Of a stretch of DNA of 64,000 nt, positions 50,035 through 59,382 are shown one piece after another. A model generated the notes under the pieces. It searched no databases, had not been told where the DNA came from, and was given only the letters and a program-made list of their open reading frames with translations. The DNA lies in NCBI GenBank assembly GCA_963793425.1, contig CAWCAG010000005.1, forward strand, positions 1,152,001-1,216,000, written 5' to 3'. Source of the DNA: an uncultured cyanobacterium (GTDB taxonomy: Bacteria > Cyanobacteriota > Cyanobacteriia > Cyanobacteriales > CAWCAG01). Each line of letters begins with the position of its first letter. Position 1 is the first letter of the stretch. Both the position numbers and the translations under genes were made by a program.

Positions 50035-50343
50035 ATGACAAAACTAACCATCGAATTACCTAAAAAATTAGAGAAGCAACTATTAGCGGTAGCTAAACAA
50101 GAAAACCTTTCTTTAGAGACTTTTGTTTTGAAGCTGCTAACCAAGCTAGTGAGTTTCTACACAAAAAAAGAGCAAGATAATCTCTTGAATATACAAATTA
50201 TCAAGACAGACTCAATTAGAAAAAACTCTCTTGACCAAGCTAAAGATTTGGATTTTGCAACTCTTTTAGAAATCACTCAAGATACTTGGAAACAAGAAGA
50301 TGGCTTAGTTTATCAAGAAAAGGTTAGACAGGAGTGGTCGTGA
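50035..50343 (+). CDS. Putative antitoxin of a VapBC-like pair
   Basis: RHH-like LTIELP..LEKQL..AKQENLSLE; C-terminal W..EDGL.YQ..VRQEW; overlaps the PIN gene. Confidence 0.75.
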   Translation: MTKLTIELPKKLEKQLLAVAKQENLSLETFVLKLLTKLVSFYTKKEQDNLLNIQIIKTDSIRKNSLDQAKDLDFATLLEITQDTWKQEDGLVYQEKVRQEWS

Positions 50344-50714
50344 AATTTTTGTTGGATTCAGTTATTTTGATTGACCACTTCAATAATATCAATAAAGCCA
50401 CAAAATACATAAACAGTGTGCATTCAGAAAGTGCCATTTCTGTAATAACGAGAGCAGAAGTTTTAACTGGATTTGATTCCCCTCAAAGAGACATAGCGAG
50501 CCAGTTCCTCGATTATTTTACTACCTTAGAAATGAATATCGCTATTGCAGATTTGGCTGCTACTTTGCGCCGTCAAGAAGGTTGGAAATTACCTGATGCT
50601 ATTCAAGCAGCTTTTGCACAAACTTACCAACTTATCCTCGTAACTCGCAACTTCCGAGATTTTCCACCTGAACGCTACAATTTTGTCTTGATTCCCTACA
50701 CTATACTGCCATAA
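50334..50714 (+). CDS. vapC: PIN-domain (VapC-like) toxin
   Basis: FLLDSVILID, SVITRAEVL.G, KLPDAIQAA, LVTRNFRDF; GTG at 50340 is an alternative start. Confidence 0.9.
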   Translation: MVVKFLLDSVILIDHFNNINKATKYINSVHSESAISVITRAEVLTGFDSPQRDIASQFLDYFTTLEMNIAIADLAATLRRQEGWKLPDAIQAAFAQTYQLILVTRNFRDFPPERYNFVLIPYTILP

Positions 50715-50756
50715 GCGGAAGTAGGAATAATATAGTGCGATCGCAATAATCTAAAT

Positions 50757-50987
50757 TCAACTAACATGATAAGCCGTAATTGCTATCCTACCGTCTGGAC
50801 TGTAAATCGCTTCAACTCGCCTAAACTGAGGATGACTCCACCAAACCTTAACGCGATTACCTCTAGCTGGGGCTGTGCCAATTTTACCGTATCCAGCTTC
50901 CAACAAAATCTCTTCAAATTCCGAAGTAGGTAGAATTTTGACTGTAAACTTAGGAATACCATCAAGTTGGTGCTGGTCAAGGGTCAT
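50757..50987 (-). CDS. Hypothetical protein (76 aa)
   Basis: Overlaps the upstream 78-aa gene; 5' half duplicated at 48911-49000. Confidence 0.65.
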   Translation of the reverse strand: MTLDQHQLDGIPKFTVKILPTSEFEEILLEAGYGKIGTAPARGNRVKVWWSHPQFRRVEAIYSPDGRIAITAYHVS

Positions 50988-51213
50988 AGCTACCTTTGTA
51001 AGTGCTATAAATACGGTAGCCCGGTAAAACTATAGCAATACCGGCGTTTGTATGTATCGTACCTGGATAACCTTCCTCGGCTAAACTACCACCAAGGCGA
51101 ATTCGTAACCCACCCAACCAAATATACAACCCTGGAATCAGAGTATCTAAACTATAAGCGATCGCCTGCAATTGTGGATCACTAGATTTAATTTTTTGTT
51201 CAGGAATAGACAT
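50977..51213 (-). CDS. Hypothetical protein (78 aa), copy 2
   Basis: Near-identical to 48990-49226. Confidence 0.65.
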   Translation of the reverse strand: MSIPEQKIKSSDPQLQAIAYSLDTLIPGLYIWLGGLRIRLGGSLAEEGYPGTIHTNAGIAIVLPGYRIYSTYKGSYDP

Positions 51214-51479
51214 GGGAAAATCGCAAACCTACCGCCAATATATCCAAAAACTTCTTACTCAAAGAGCCAGCTTTTAGCAAAATGAAGATGGAATTGAAAC
51301 ACATCTTATCCTAGACACAGAAAGGGACTATTATCAACTTTCGGATATAGGTTGGCAGTAAGAAAAACAAGTATTTGACTGCTATTTATACTTGCAAATC
51401 AAAAATAGTAAAATTTGGATCTATAGAGACTTAACAGATCGGGCTATTGCAGACGAATTAAGAGAATTAGGCGTACCGA
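51212..51479 (+). pseudogene. xisI: xisI pseudogene (duplicate)
   Basis: Copy of 49225-49492 with in-frame TAG at 51275 and TAA at 51359, and a 3' truncation. Confidence 0.88.
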
Positions 51480-51654
51480 ATGCGTCGCCCCCGCTAAATT
51501 GAGGAGTTTAACACCTAAGTATCACAGCCATTTGTAAAGACAACTTAGCTTTTATCCGGTGCGATCGCTGCTAAAAGTTACCACAAGTTTACTAATACTA
51601 ATTCTCACCAGTAATGCAATAATGAAATAATCAGCAGCTTGTCTAACTTCAATC

Positions 51655-51993
51655 ATGACAAAACTAACCATCGAATTACCTGAAAAATTAGAGAAGCAAT
51701 TATTAGCGGTGGCTAAGCGAGAAAATCTTTCTTTAGAGACTTTTATTTTAAAGCTGCTAACAAAGCTAGTGAGTTTCTATACGAAAAAAGAGCAAGATAA
51801 TCTCTTGAACATACAAATCATCAAGACAGACTCAATTAGAAAAAACTCTTTTGACCAAGCTAAAAATCTGGATTTTGCAACCTCAACATATCCCTGGTTA
51901 CATTCGTTTGGCAGGAATAGACAACCTAATTATCTTTTTGCCCACCCTAAGTTGACTGATACAAGCAAGAAATTTTCAAAAGTATACAAATAA
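51655..51993 (+). pseudogene. Truncated duplicate of the 50035 antitoxin, PIN partner lost
   Basis: Near-identical up to LDFAT (about 51881), then reads into REP-like sequence. Confidence 0.8.
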
Positions 51994-52303
51994 AGTCTAA
52001 ATCAAACACCAGCGTATACACAAACGCATATCCCAGGCTTTGATAATAGATATATAGCAAAGCAACGAAAAGAGGAACGCACTCTGTACAGCTAAAGGTA
52101 GTCAAACAAAAAATTGTTTTTATATGCCCTTAGTGTTGAGCCACGAACCTCGAATCAACTTGCTTTAATGCTTACTACTTTGTGGATTTTGCCTCAACAA
52201 AATCCCTTAGTAATTAATTCAAGGAGGTGTAAGGAAAAAGCAATTAGGTCTTTGATGTAAGATGGCTATTTTTTGACAAAGGTTAGTTCTCAGAATGGAT
52301 ATT

Positions 52304-52339
52304 AGCTGGGCCAAAGTTTGGGAGGCTCAGCTTTTTTTT
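52304..52339 (+). terminator. Intrinsic terminator (possibly bidirectional with htrA)
   Basis: AGCTGGGCC-AAAGTTTGGGA-GGCTCAGCT followed by a T run. Confidence 0.65.
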
Positions 52340-52391
52340 GTTGAGAATTAGTTTTGCTTCCTTACCTAGTGATAATGATAACAAGGAAAAT

Positions 52392-53555
52392 CTATTTCAG
52401 GTTGGGAGGTAAGACCCCTACTTTAAGATTCAACTCCACTGCTTTACCTTGGCGATCTAATTTTAAAGAGACTTTTTCTCCCACAGGGACTTTATTAACT
52501 ATGTTTTGTACTGTTTGAGAATCAATTACCTGATCTTCATTAATACTTTGCAAGACATCCCCTGTTTGTAATCCAGCTTGAGCAGCCGGAGAGTTAGGCA
52601 CAATTCCGGCAATAATTACCCCTTCTTGGGCTTCAACCCGAAAACCGTTTTGAGGATTGCTATTGATATTTTCCTTAATTTCTGGATTGAGGTCTACCAT
52701 TTGAATGCCTAAGTAAGGATGTTCAACTTTCCCTTTAGCAACTAGCTGATCAGCAATATCCTTAGCAGTATTAATGGGGATAGCGAAGCCAATACCTTGG
52801 GCATCGCGAAATATGGCAGTGTTGATGCCAATAACTTCACCGTTTTGATTCAGTAAAGGGCCTCCGGAATTTCCGGGGTTAATTGCTGCGTCGGTTTGGA
52901 CGAAATCCACTCTTTTGTCAGCAACACCTACTTGAGAACTAGACCTACCTGTCGCGCTGATGATTCCTGTGGTGACGGTATTATTTAAGCCTAAAGGATT
53001 GCCAATAGCAATGGCCCATTCTCCTGGTTTGAGTTGATCGGAATCTCCTAAAGCAGCAGCAGGAAGATTCTTTTCCTCAACTTTGATGACTGCCACATCA
53101 GTTACAGGATCACTTCCCATAACTGTTCCTTCTATAGTCCGACCATCTTTGAGGGTAACAGTTACAGTGTCAATACCATCAACAACATGGGCATTGGTGA
53201 GGATTTGACCATCTTTGCTAATGATAAAACCTGAACCTGTACCTTCACTCATTCTGAATCTTCCTGTTTGGCGAGAAGCATCAATACGTACAACGCTATC
53301 CCCAACCGTGTCAACAACCTCAGTGACGAAGTTATTAGGAATTAAGGAACTATTTATAGGAGGCGCGGCAACTTTCTTTTCTTGAAGCTGAGTTGAAGAG
53401 TCGGGAACGAGGGCAGATAGTTCTTTTTGCTCAACTAAAGCATTGCTACCAAAGGCAATACCTGCACCTAAAAGTACTAAAGATAAGTAAGTAACAGTTT
53501 TTTTAAGAGGATTGCTTTTTTGAGGGGAGGAAGAGTCTAGATTATTAATTTGCAT
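52392..53555 (-). CDS. HtrA/HhoA-family serine protease with PDZ domain
   Basis: GTGSGFII, LTNAHVV, D.AV, QTDAAINPGNSGGPL, PDZ. Confidence 0.95.
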   Translation of the reverse strand: MQINNLDSSSPQKSNPLKKTVTYLSLVLLGAGIAFGSNALVEQKELSALVPDSSTQLQEKKVAAPPINSSLIPNNFVTEVVDTVGDSVVRIDASRQTGRFRMSEGTGSGFIISKDGQILTNAHVVDGIDTVTVTLKDGRTIEGTVMGSDPVTDVAVIKVEEKNLPAAALGDSDQLKPGEWAIAIGNPLGLNNTVTTGIISATGRSSSQVGVADKRVDFVQTDAAINPGNSGGPLLNQNGEVIGINTAIFRDAQGIGFAIPINTAKDIADQLVAKGKVEHPYLGIQMVDLNPEIKENINSNPQNGFRVEAQEGVIIAGIVPNSPAAQAGLQTGDVLQSINEDQVIDSQTVQNIVNKVPVGEKVSLKLDRQGKAVELNLKVGVLPPNLK

Positions 53556-53663
53556 AGTTACTTAACTTTATTAATAACTTCACAGAGGAGGAAAAGTCAG
53601 CTAGTCGGTGTGAGTGAGTGTTCAAGGTGTTGATTAGCTGACACTTTTCAATTTAGATAAAGG

Positions 53664-53703
53664 AAATGACTTTCTTGTGACAATGTTGTGAAGATTGTGT
53701 GAC
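53664..53703 (-). promoter_or_regulatory. Four 11-bp-phased direct repeats upstream of htrA (OmpR/PhoB-type site)
   Basis: TGAC/TGAA at 53667, 53678, 53689 and 53700. Confidence 0.6.
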
Positions 53704-54205
53704 AAAGTTGAGGGGGCGATGGGGCGATGGGGCGATGGTTTGTTCCCTCGTTGAATCATAATATACTGCTTTTCGTTTTTAAGGGAAGGGGAAAGGCGAT
53801 CACAATACTTTAATAAGAACGTATACCAAATTCATACACAAAATATACATTAAACAAACATGAGCGCAAACAGTGTTGCTTGATAATAAGCAAAGAAAGC
53901 AAAATAGTCTGAACAAGGTAACAAAGTTATTGCCTTGCTTCTTCCATCAATAAGGTTCCTCGTAACATAGCTAAATCTATGTTCTCACTGACAAACGAGT
54001 AACTACCCCGCCCAACACCCATTGGGGGGGATTTTTTCTGTTTATCAATCTCAAAGCAAGCTGTTTAAATAGCTAGGGGTAGGGAGTAGGGAATATTAGA
54101 ATGTTGATAAGTTTCGAGATTTTAAGTCATGCAACAAGGGCAGGATTTGGTATCACTAGATTAGGAATTGCTATAGATAGGCTAATTTAGATTGACTTGC
54201 TCAAA

Positions 54206-54877
54206 ATGACCAAAATATCTACAAAAATTTTAGTTACCCTGATGTTTTTTGGGGGAACAGGTTTAACAGGTTTAATCGGTACGGCTGCTGTTGCCCAAAA
54301 TTATGATGACTTCAACTATTGGACTCAGCAATGCTATGAACTTAGGGGAGAATCGGGTTTAGAAGCTTGCGATCGCGCTATAGAATTACAACAGGATCAG
54401 GCTATTCTCTGGACGACGAGAGGGGCCATACTCCATCGAGATTTCCAGAAGTCTAGCGAAGCTTTAACTTACCACAATCGCGCCCTTGAACTTGATCGGG
54501 ATAATTCTTTAGCTTGGTACAATCGTTGTACCGCTTTGAATAATTTACGTAGGTACGAAGAGGCTGTTACTAGTTGTGAACAAGCATTAGCCGGAGATGG
54601 TAATTGGGGAGATGGAGAAATATATTTAGCTTGGACAGCAAAAGGGGTGAGTTTGCGTCGGTTAGGACGTTATACCCAAGCGATTGAAGCTTATGAACAA
54701 GCGATCACCCTGAAGCCAGATGACCAAACTACCTGGAATAATAAAGGTGTTGCTTTGTATAAGTTGGGGCGCTATTTAGAAGCTTTGGAAGCTTTTGAAA
54801 TAGCTTTAGAAATAGATTTTAATGATCAAGTTACCCAAGAAAATCTTGATTTGACTTTACGAAGATTAGGAAGGTAA
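54206..54877 (+). CDS. Secreted TPR-repeat protein
   Basis: Signal peptide; TPR units such as AWYNRCTALNNLRRYEEAV and TWNNKGVALYKLGRYLEA. Confidence 0.9.
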   Translation: MTKISTKILVTLMFFGGTGLTGLIGTAAVAQNYDDFNYWTQQCYELRGESGLEACDRAIELQQDQAILWTTRGAILHRDFQKSSEALTYHNRALELDRDNSLAWYNRCTALNNLRRYEEAVTSCEQALAGDGNWGDGEIYLAWTAKGVSLRRLGRYTQAIEAYEQAITLKPDDQTTWNNKGVALYKLGRYLEALEAFEIALEIDFNDQVTQENLDLTLRRLGR

Positions 54878-54908
54878 TTGATCATGGCTATTTGCTAATG
54901 GCTAATAG

Positions 54909-56237
54909 CTAATCGTCTTTACCAAAGCTTAAGGCTTTTCCTCGTACTTCTGTATTAACCTTGCCAGCCTCGTAGACAACTTGACCACCAACAATGGTTA
55001 ATTGTGGCCATCCGGTTAAATCCCAACCTTCAAAGGGACTCCAGCCGCATTTGCTTAGTATTTCTTCCCTTAATACCGGGCGATAATTATCTACATCTAC
55101 CAAAACTAAATCTGCATCATAACCAACAGCGATCGCGCCTTTATTGGGAATTTGGTAAGCCTTAGCAGGAGCAGTAGACATCCAATTAGCTACTTGGGCT
55201 ATGGTACAACGTCCTTGCATTGCTTGGGTAAGCATTAAAGGTAAGGAGGTTTCTACCCCTGGCATTCCAGAAGGACTATGGGGATAGCCTTTACCTTTTT
55301 CTTCTAAGGTATGGGGGGCATGATCTGTAGCAATGAAATCAATTACCCCATCTAGCAAAGCTTGCCACAGAATCGCGTTATCTTGGGGCGATCGCAAGGG
55401 AGGATTCATCTGGGCGAGAGTGCCAATTTTCTCGTAAGCTTGGGTATTTAAAAGAAGATGTTGAGGGGTTACTTCTGCTGTTACCCAATTCGGTTTATCT
55501 TGACGCAATAATTCCGCTTCTTCTCCTGTGGAAAGGTGGAGAATATGTAAACGTCTTTGATACTTTTTAGAGAGTTTCAGAGCTAATTTAGTGGCATTTA
55601 GGGCAGCTTGACTATCTTGAATCCGAGAATGGATAGCGGGGTTAGTTTCTCCGGCAAATAATTTACGCCGTTCTATAATCCTAGCTTGATCTTCAGCATG
55701 AACAGCAATTAAGCGCTCCCCTTGAGCAAAAATTGGTTCTATTTCTGCTTCTGTACTAACTAACAAAGCACCATGGGAAGAACCCATAAAAATTTTAATG
55801 CCACAACTAGGAGAAGCCTCACGAAGGGCAGCTAAATTTTCTGCCGTTGCCCCCATAAAAAAGCCATAATTAACTAAACACTTCTGTTCACAACGCCTTA
55901 ATTTATCGTCCAAGGCTTCTTGAGTTGTGGTTAAAGGACGAGTATTAGGCATTTCCAAAAAGGAGGTAACACCACCTTTAGCACAAGCACAACTCGCTGT
56001 AAACAAGTCTTCTTTATGTTCTAACCCTGGTTCGCGAAAATGTACTTGGGGGTCAATTACCCCAGGCAACAAAGTTAAATTAGTAGCGTCTATTTCTCTA
56101 TCAAAGTTATTTGTCTCTAGGTTGGTGGCAATTTGAGTGATTTTCCCTTTCGTAACCTCCACATCTCCCACCTGAAAGTTGCCATTAGGTAAGAGAATAC
56201 GGGCTTGACGAATTAGTAATTGAGTAGTATATGCCAT
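54909..56237 (-). CDS. pyrC: Dihydroorotase
   Basis: PGVIDPQVHFREPG, GGVTSFLEMPNT, MNPPLR, ATDHAPH. Confidence 0.93.
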   Translation of the reverse strand: MAYTTQLLIRQARILLPNGNFQVGDVEVTKGKITQIATNLETNNFDREIDATNLTLLPGVIDPQVHFREPGLEHKEDLFTASCACAKGGVTSFLEMPNTRPLTTTQEALDDKLRRCEQKCLVNYGFFMGATAENLAALREASPSCGIKIFMGSSHGALLVSTEAEIEPIFAQGERLIAVHAEDQARIIERRKLFAGETNPAIHSRIQDSQAALNATKLALKLSKKYQRRLHILHLSTGEEAELLRQDKPNWVTAEVTPQHLLLNTQAYEKIGTLAQMNPPLRSPQDNAILWQALLDGVIDFIATDHAPHTLEEKGKGYPHSPSGMPGVETSLPLMLTQAMQGRCTIAQVANWMSTAPAKAYQIPNKGAIAVGYDADLVLVDVDNYRPVLREEILSKCGWSPFEGWDLTGWPQLTIVGGQVVYEAGKVNTEVRGKALSFGKDD

Positions 56238-56379
56238 ATCAAGTTAGAATTAAACGATTCTTAAATAGTTGCAACTTTTGAGGTTGTGCAGTTACAAGTA
56301 GAAAAGAAACTATACATCAATTCCTAAATTTATTTTTTGTTGTTATTGAAGTGGTAATTGTTTTGAAATTGCATAAGCT

Positions 56380-56985
56380 ATGACCGAAACTTCTAATCAA
56401 ACCCCCAAACCCAAACCGGAAAGAAGCCCTGAAAACCCATGGATAGAGGGGCTGAAAACTATTGCCTTAAGCGCTGTATTAGCTGTTGGTATACGCAGTT
56501 TTGTCGCTGAAGCCCGTTATATCCCTTCCGGTTCCATGCTTCCTACCTTGGAAATTAACGACAGACTACTTATAGAAAAGGTAAGTTACAACTTTAGAAA
56601 ACCCGAACGAGGGGATATTGTGGTTTTTAACCCTACAGATACCCTTAAAGAACAAAATTTCCACGATGCTTTTATTAAGAGGGTAATTGGCTTGCCCGGA
56701 GAAACTATTCAAGTGAAAAACGGCAGAGTTGTTGTTAATGGTAAGGCAATAGAAGAAAAATATATTGAACAAGAACCTGCTTATGATTATGGTCCAGTAA
56801 AAGTTCCGGAAAACCAATACCTAGTTTTAGGGGACAATCGCAACAACAGCTACGATTCTCATGCTTGGGGTTTTGTACCTCGCGAAAATATTATTGGTCG
56901 TGCAGCAGTAAGATTCTGGCCTGTGGGGCGCGTGGGTTCCCTTGATGAAGATCCTCTCTATCAAGACAAAAAACAGCCAGAATAG
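56380..56985 (+). CDS. lepB: Signal peptidase I
   Basis: [30 protein letters not shown]. Confidence 0.96.
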   Translation: MTETSNQTPKPKPERSPENPWIEGLKTIALSAVLAVGIRSFVAEARYIPSGSMLPTLEINDRLLIEKVSYNFRKPERGDIVVFNPTDTLKEQNFHDAFIKRVIGLPGETIQVKNGRVVVNGKAIEEKYIEQEPAYDYGPVKVPENQYLVLGDNRNNSYDSHAWGFVPRENIIGRAAVRFWPVGRVGSLDEDPLYQDKKQPE

Positions 56986-57066
56986 GTCAGCGCTGGATAG
57001 TTCTCTTAGCTACTTTTTTGGGCTGGGCAGCTAGGGAGAAGTCATTTCAGTTGAATATTTCTTGGC

Positions 57067-57237
57067 CTATCTTAACCCTAGCCAAGTAAAGAAATCTTGG
57101 CGAGTAAAAAGCTCAAGCAGTAATAGAGCAACAAAGCCAATCATAGCAAAGCGCCCGTTAATTTTTTCGGCGTAAATATTCCAACCAAAACTGGGTTCTG
57201 TTTCCAGGCTGGAATTTTCTTCTGTCTCAGTACTCAT
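57067..57237 (-). CDS. High-light-inducible protein (HLIP/SCP)
   Basis: [19 protein letters not shown] chlorophyll-binding motif. Confidence 0.9.
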   Translation of the reverse strand: MSTETEENSSLETEPSFGWNIYAEKINGRFAMIGFVALLLLELFTRQDFFTWLGLR

Positions 57238-57255
57238 AAATAAGAAAAATGACAA

Positions 57256-57297
57256 TTAACAATTAGCAATTAGCAATTAGCGATTAGCGATTAGCAA
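57256..57297. repeat. Heptamer tandem repeat (TTAGCAA/TTAGCGA)
   Basis: About six units between the HLIP gene and sdhB. Confidence 0.75.
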
Positions 57298-58277
57298 TCT
57301 AAATTCTGGACAGACTCAATCAGCGATCGCACTTCCTGAGTTCCCTCAGAAGGGGTGAATTCAAGGGGGAATTTTCCCCGTGCTAACATTCTTAAACCTA
57401 AAGGGGCAAGACTGGCTAAGCCCTTTAAGTCCCGTAAATAGTTGCCCACAACCATCAAACTAAACTTACGCTCATCAATCCAGCCCCCTTGTTTAACTAA
57501 ATCTACTAAAACTTTACGATGGCGAACTGAACGGCTGCTTTGAGCATCTTGGCGCTCTAAAATTTCCTGCTTAATTTTACTGATTTGTTCCATAGGGGCC
57601 ACTTCCATAGGACAAACGGCGTTGCACATATAACAACGGGTACAACCCCATACCCCTGCTGTCCCTTGGTTATAAGACTCCAAACGTTCTTCTTTTTGCT
57701 CATCGCGAGAGTCTGTCACCATTCTTTCCGCTTTTGCTAAGGCATGAGGCCCCACAAAATCAGCATTGACATCCCTAGCATTACATTCTGAGTAACAAGC
57801 ACCGCACATGATGCAATTACCTGTTTGATCAAGCTGCGATCGCTCCTTGGGAGTCTGGAGAAACTCCCTTTCCGGGATTGACCTAGCATTGGTGCTTACA
57901 TAAGGCTCCACGGCTTCTAAGCCTTGCCAGAACCCTTGCATATCTACAACCAAATCTTTAATTACAGGCATATTTCCCAAAGGAGCTATAGTAATTTCTG
58001 GAGTTGATTGGGGAGATGTTGCCCAGAAGCGTTCTATTTCTTGCCCTACGTTTTCCTTACAAGCTAAAGCTGAACGTCCGTTAATTTTCATCCCGCAGCT
58101 ACCACAAATTGTATTGCGACAGTTCTTACGAAAAGCTAAGCTACCATCCAACTCCCACTTGATAATATTTAAACACTCAAGAATCGTCTTTCCTGGCTCG
58201 ATATCCAAACTATAACTCTGAAGCTTCGGAAAAGGTGCATTTTGTTTTTGGCGAACTACTTTAAAAATTACTTCCAT
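57291..58277 (-). CDS. sdhB: Succinate dehydrogenase iron-sulfur subunit
   Basis: CRNTICGSC, CIMCGACYSEC, CTRCYMCNAVCP. Confidence 0.93.
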   Translation of the reverse strand: MEVIFKVVRQKQNAPFPKLQSYSLDIEPGKTILECLNIIKWELDGSLAFRKNCRNTICGSCGMKINGRSALACKENVGQEIERFWATSPQSTPEITIAPLGNMPVIKDLVVDMQGFWQGLEAVEPYVSTNARSIPEREFLQTPKERSQLDQTGNCIMCGACYSECNARDVNADFVGPHALAKAERMVTDSRDEQKEERLESYNQGTAGVWGCTRCYMCNAVCPMEVAPMEQISKIKQEILERQDAQSSRSVRHRKVLVDLVKQGGWIDERKFSLMVVGNYLRDLKGLASLAPLGLRMLARGKFPLEFTPSEGTQEVRSLIESVQNLDC

Positions 58278-58665
58278 AGAATTAATCTTAAAAAACCTTC
58301 CTACCTTAGTGGAAATTTTTATTTAACTCAAGCAATTATCAGATAGCGTTTTAATTCCTATTTGTCAATAGCTTTTTTATGGTTAGAGATAAACTACCTT
58401 GATATTTCTAGTTTAAAACAAGGAAACCAAAAAATCTCCCCTTCCAGAAAAATCGCTGATTGTGTTGGGAATTTTATTTTTAAAACTGGACTTTCTTAAA
58501 TCAGACAAGTAACTTTAAGTGCAACAGTTTTTGTCAAAATCACCAACAGCTACTCAAAAAAATTGTCCATCGTTGGTTTTTAACGATATATTTTTTATAT
58601 AGCCAATAATTTGGTAGTAAGATATATTGTCTAATTAAGAAAGTTGAAGGATATTTTGTCGAGTC

Positions 58666-59076
58666 ATGACTGAGATGCCAACTACAGCATTAACAGGAAA
58701 ATCTTTACTACAAAAAGTTAAAGAGCTTTCCCACTTACCTCGCAGAGAAACAGCAAAACGCTGCGGTTATTACACGGTGACTAAAAATAATCAAACCCGT
58801 GTAAATTTAACTGACTTTTATGATGCAGTCCTTGCTGCAAAAGGAGTTCCTTTAGATCCAGAAGGAACAAAAGATGGTCGAGGAAGGGAACCTACCTATC
58901 GGGTAAGCGTTCATAAAAATGGTCAAATTGTGATTGGTTCAACCTACACTCAGGCCATGGGTTTAAAACCGGGGGATGAGTTTGAAATCAAACTAGGTTA
59001 TAAACACATTCACCTCAAACAGCTAGATGTTGAAGGTGAAGACTTAGCAGAAGATGCTGAGGCTGTAGCCGTGTAA
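58666..59076 (+). CDS. cyAbrB transcription factor (cyAbrB1/Sll0359/CalA type)
   Basis: LTGKSLLQKVKELSHLPRRETAK.CGYY, GRGREPTYRVSVHKNGQIVIG. Confidence 0.92.
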   Translation: MTEMPTTALTGKSLLQKVKELSHLPRRETAKRCGYYTVTKNNQTRVNLTDFYDAVLAAKGVPLDPEGTKDGRGREPTYRVSVHKNGQIVIGSTYTQAMGLKPGDEFEIKLGYKHIHLKQLDVEGEDLAEDAEAVAV

Positions 59077-59382
59077 TCTCTAGTGCCGAAAATCAAAGAA
59101 AAATAGAGAGGAGGGATTGAGAGACAAAGTAATATTTTTCCCTCTAAGTACCAGGCAATCTTTTTCAGGAATGAAAAAATTGCTTGCTATTTGAGGGTCA
59201 TATCCTGGTTGAATTACCAGCAAATAAATATTACTCTCTACTAGCGAGATTCTCAATCTGTCTCTCTGTTCCTTTTTTCTTACTAATCTACATTCAAAGG
59301 CTCTTCCCATGCCATTAATCGAGCCAAAGCGAAGCATTTTAACCAACAAATTCCTCTAATTTACTTGGCTTGATTTCTACCT

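Noticed and set aside
59080..59349. 89-aa minus-strand ORF between cyAbrB and the CAAX protease
   Set aside because: Non-ATG start, no motif, and it runs through a probable terminator/promoter region.
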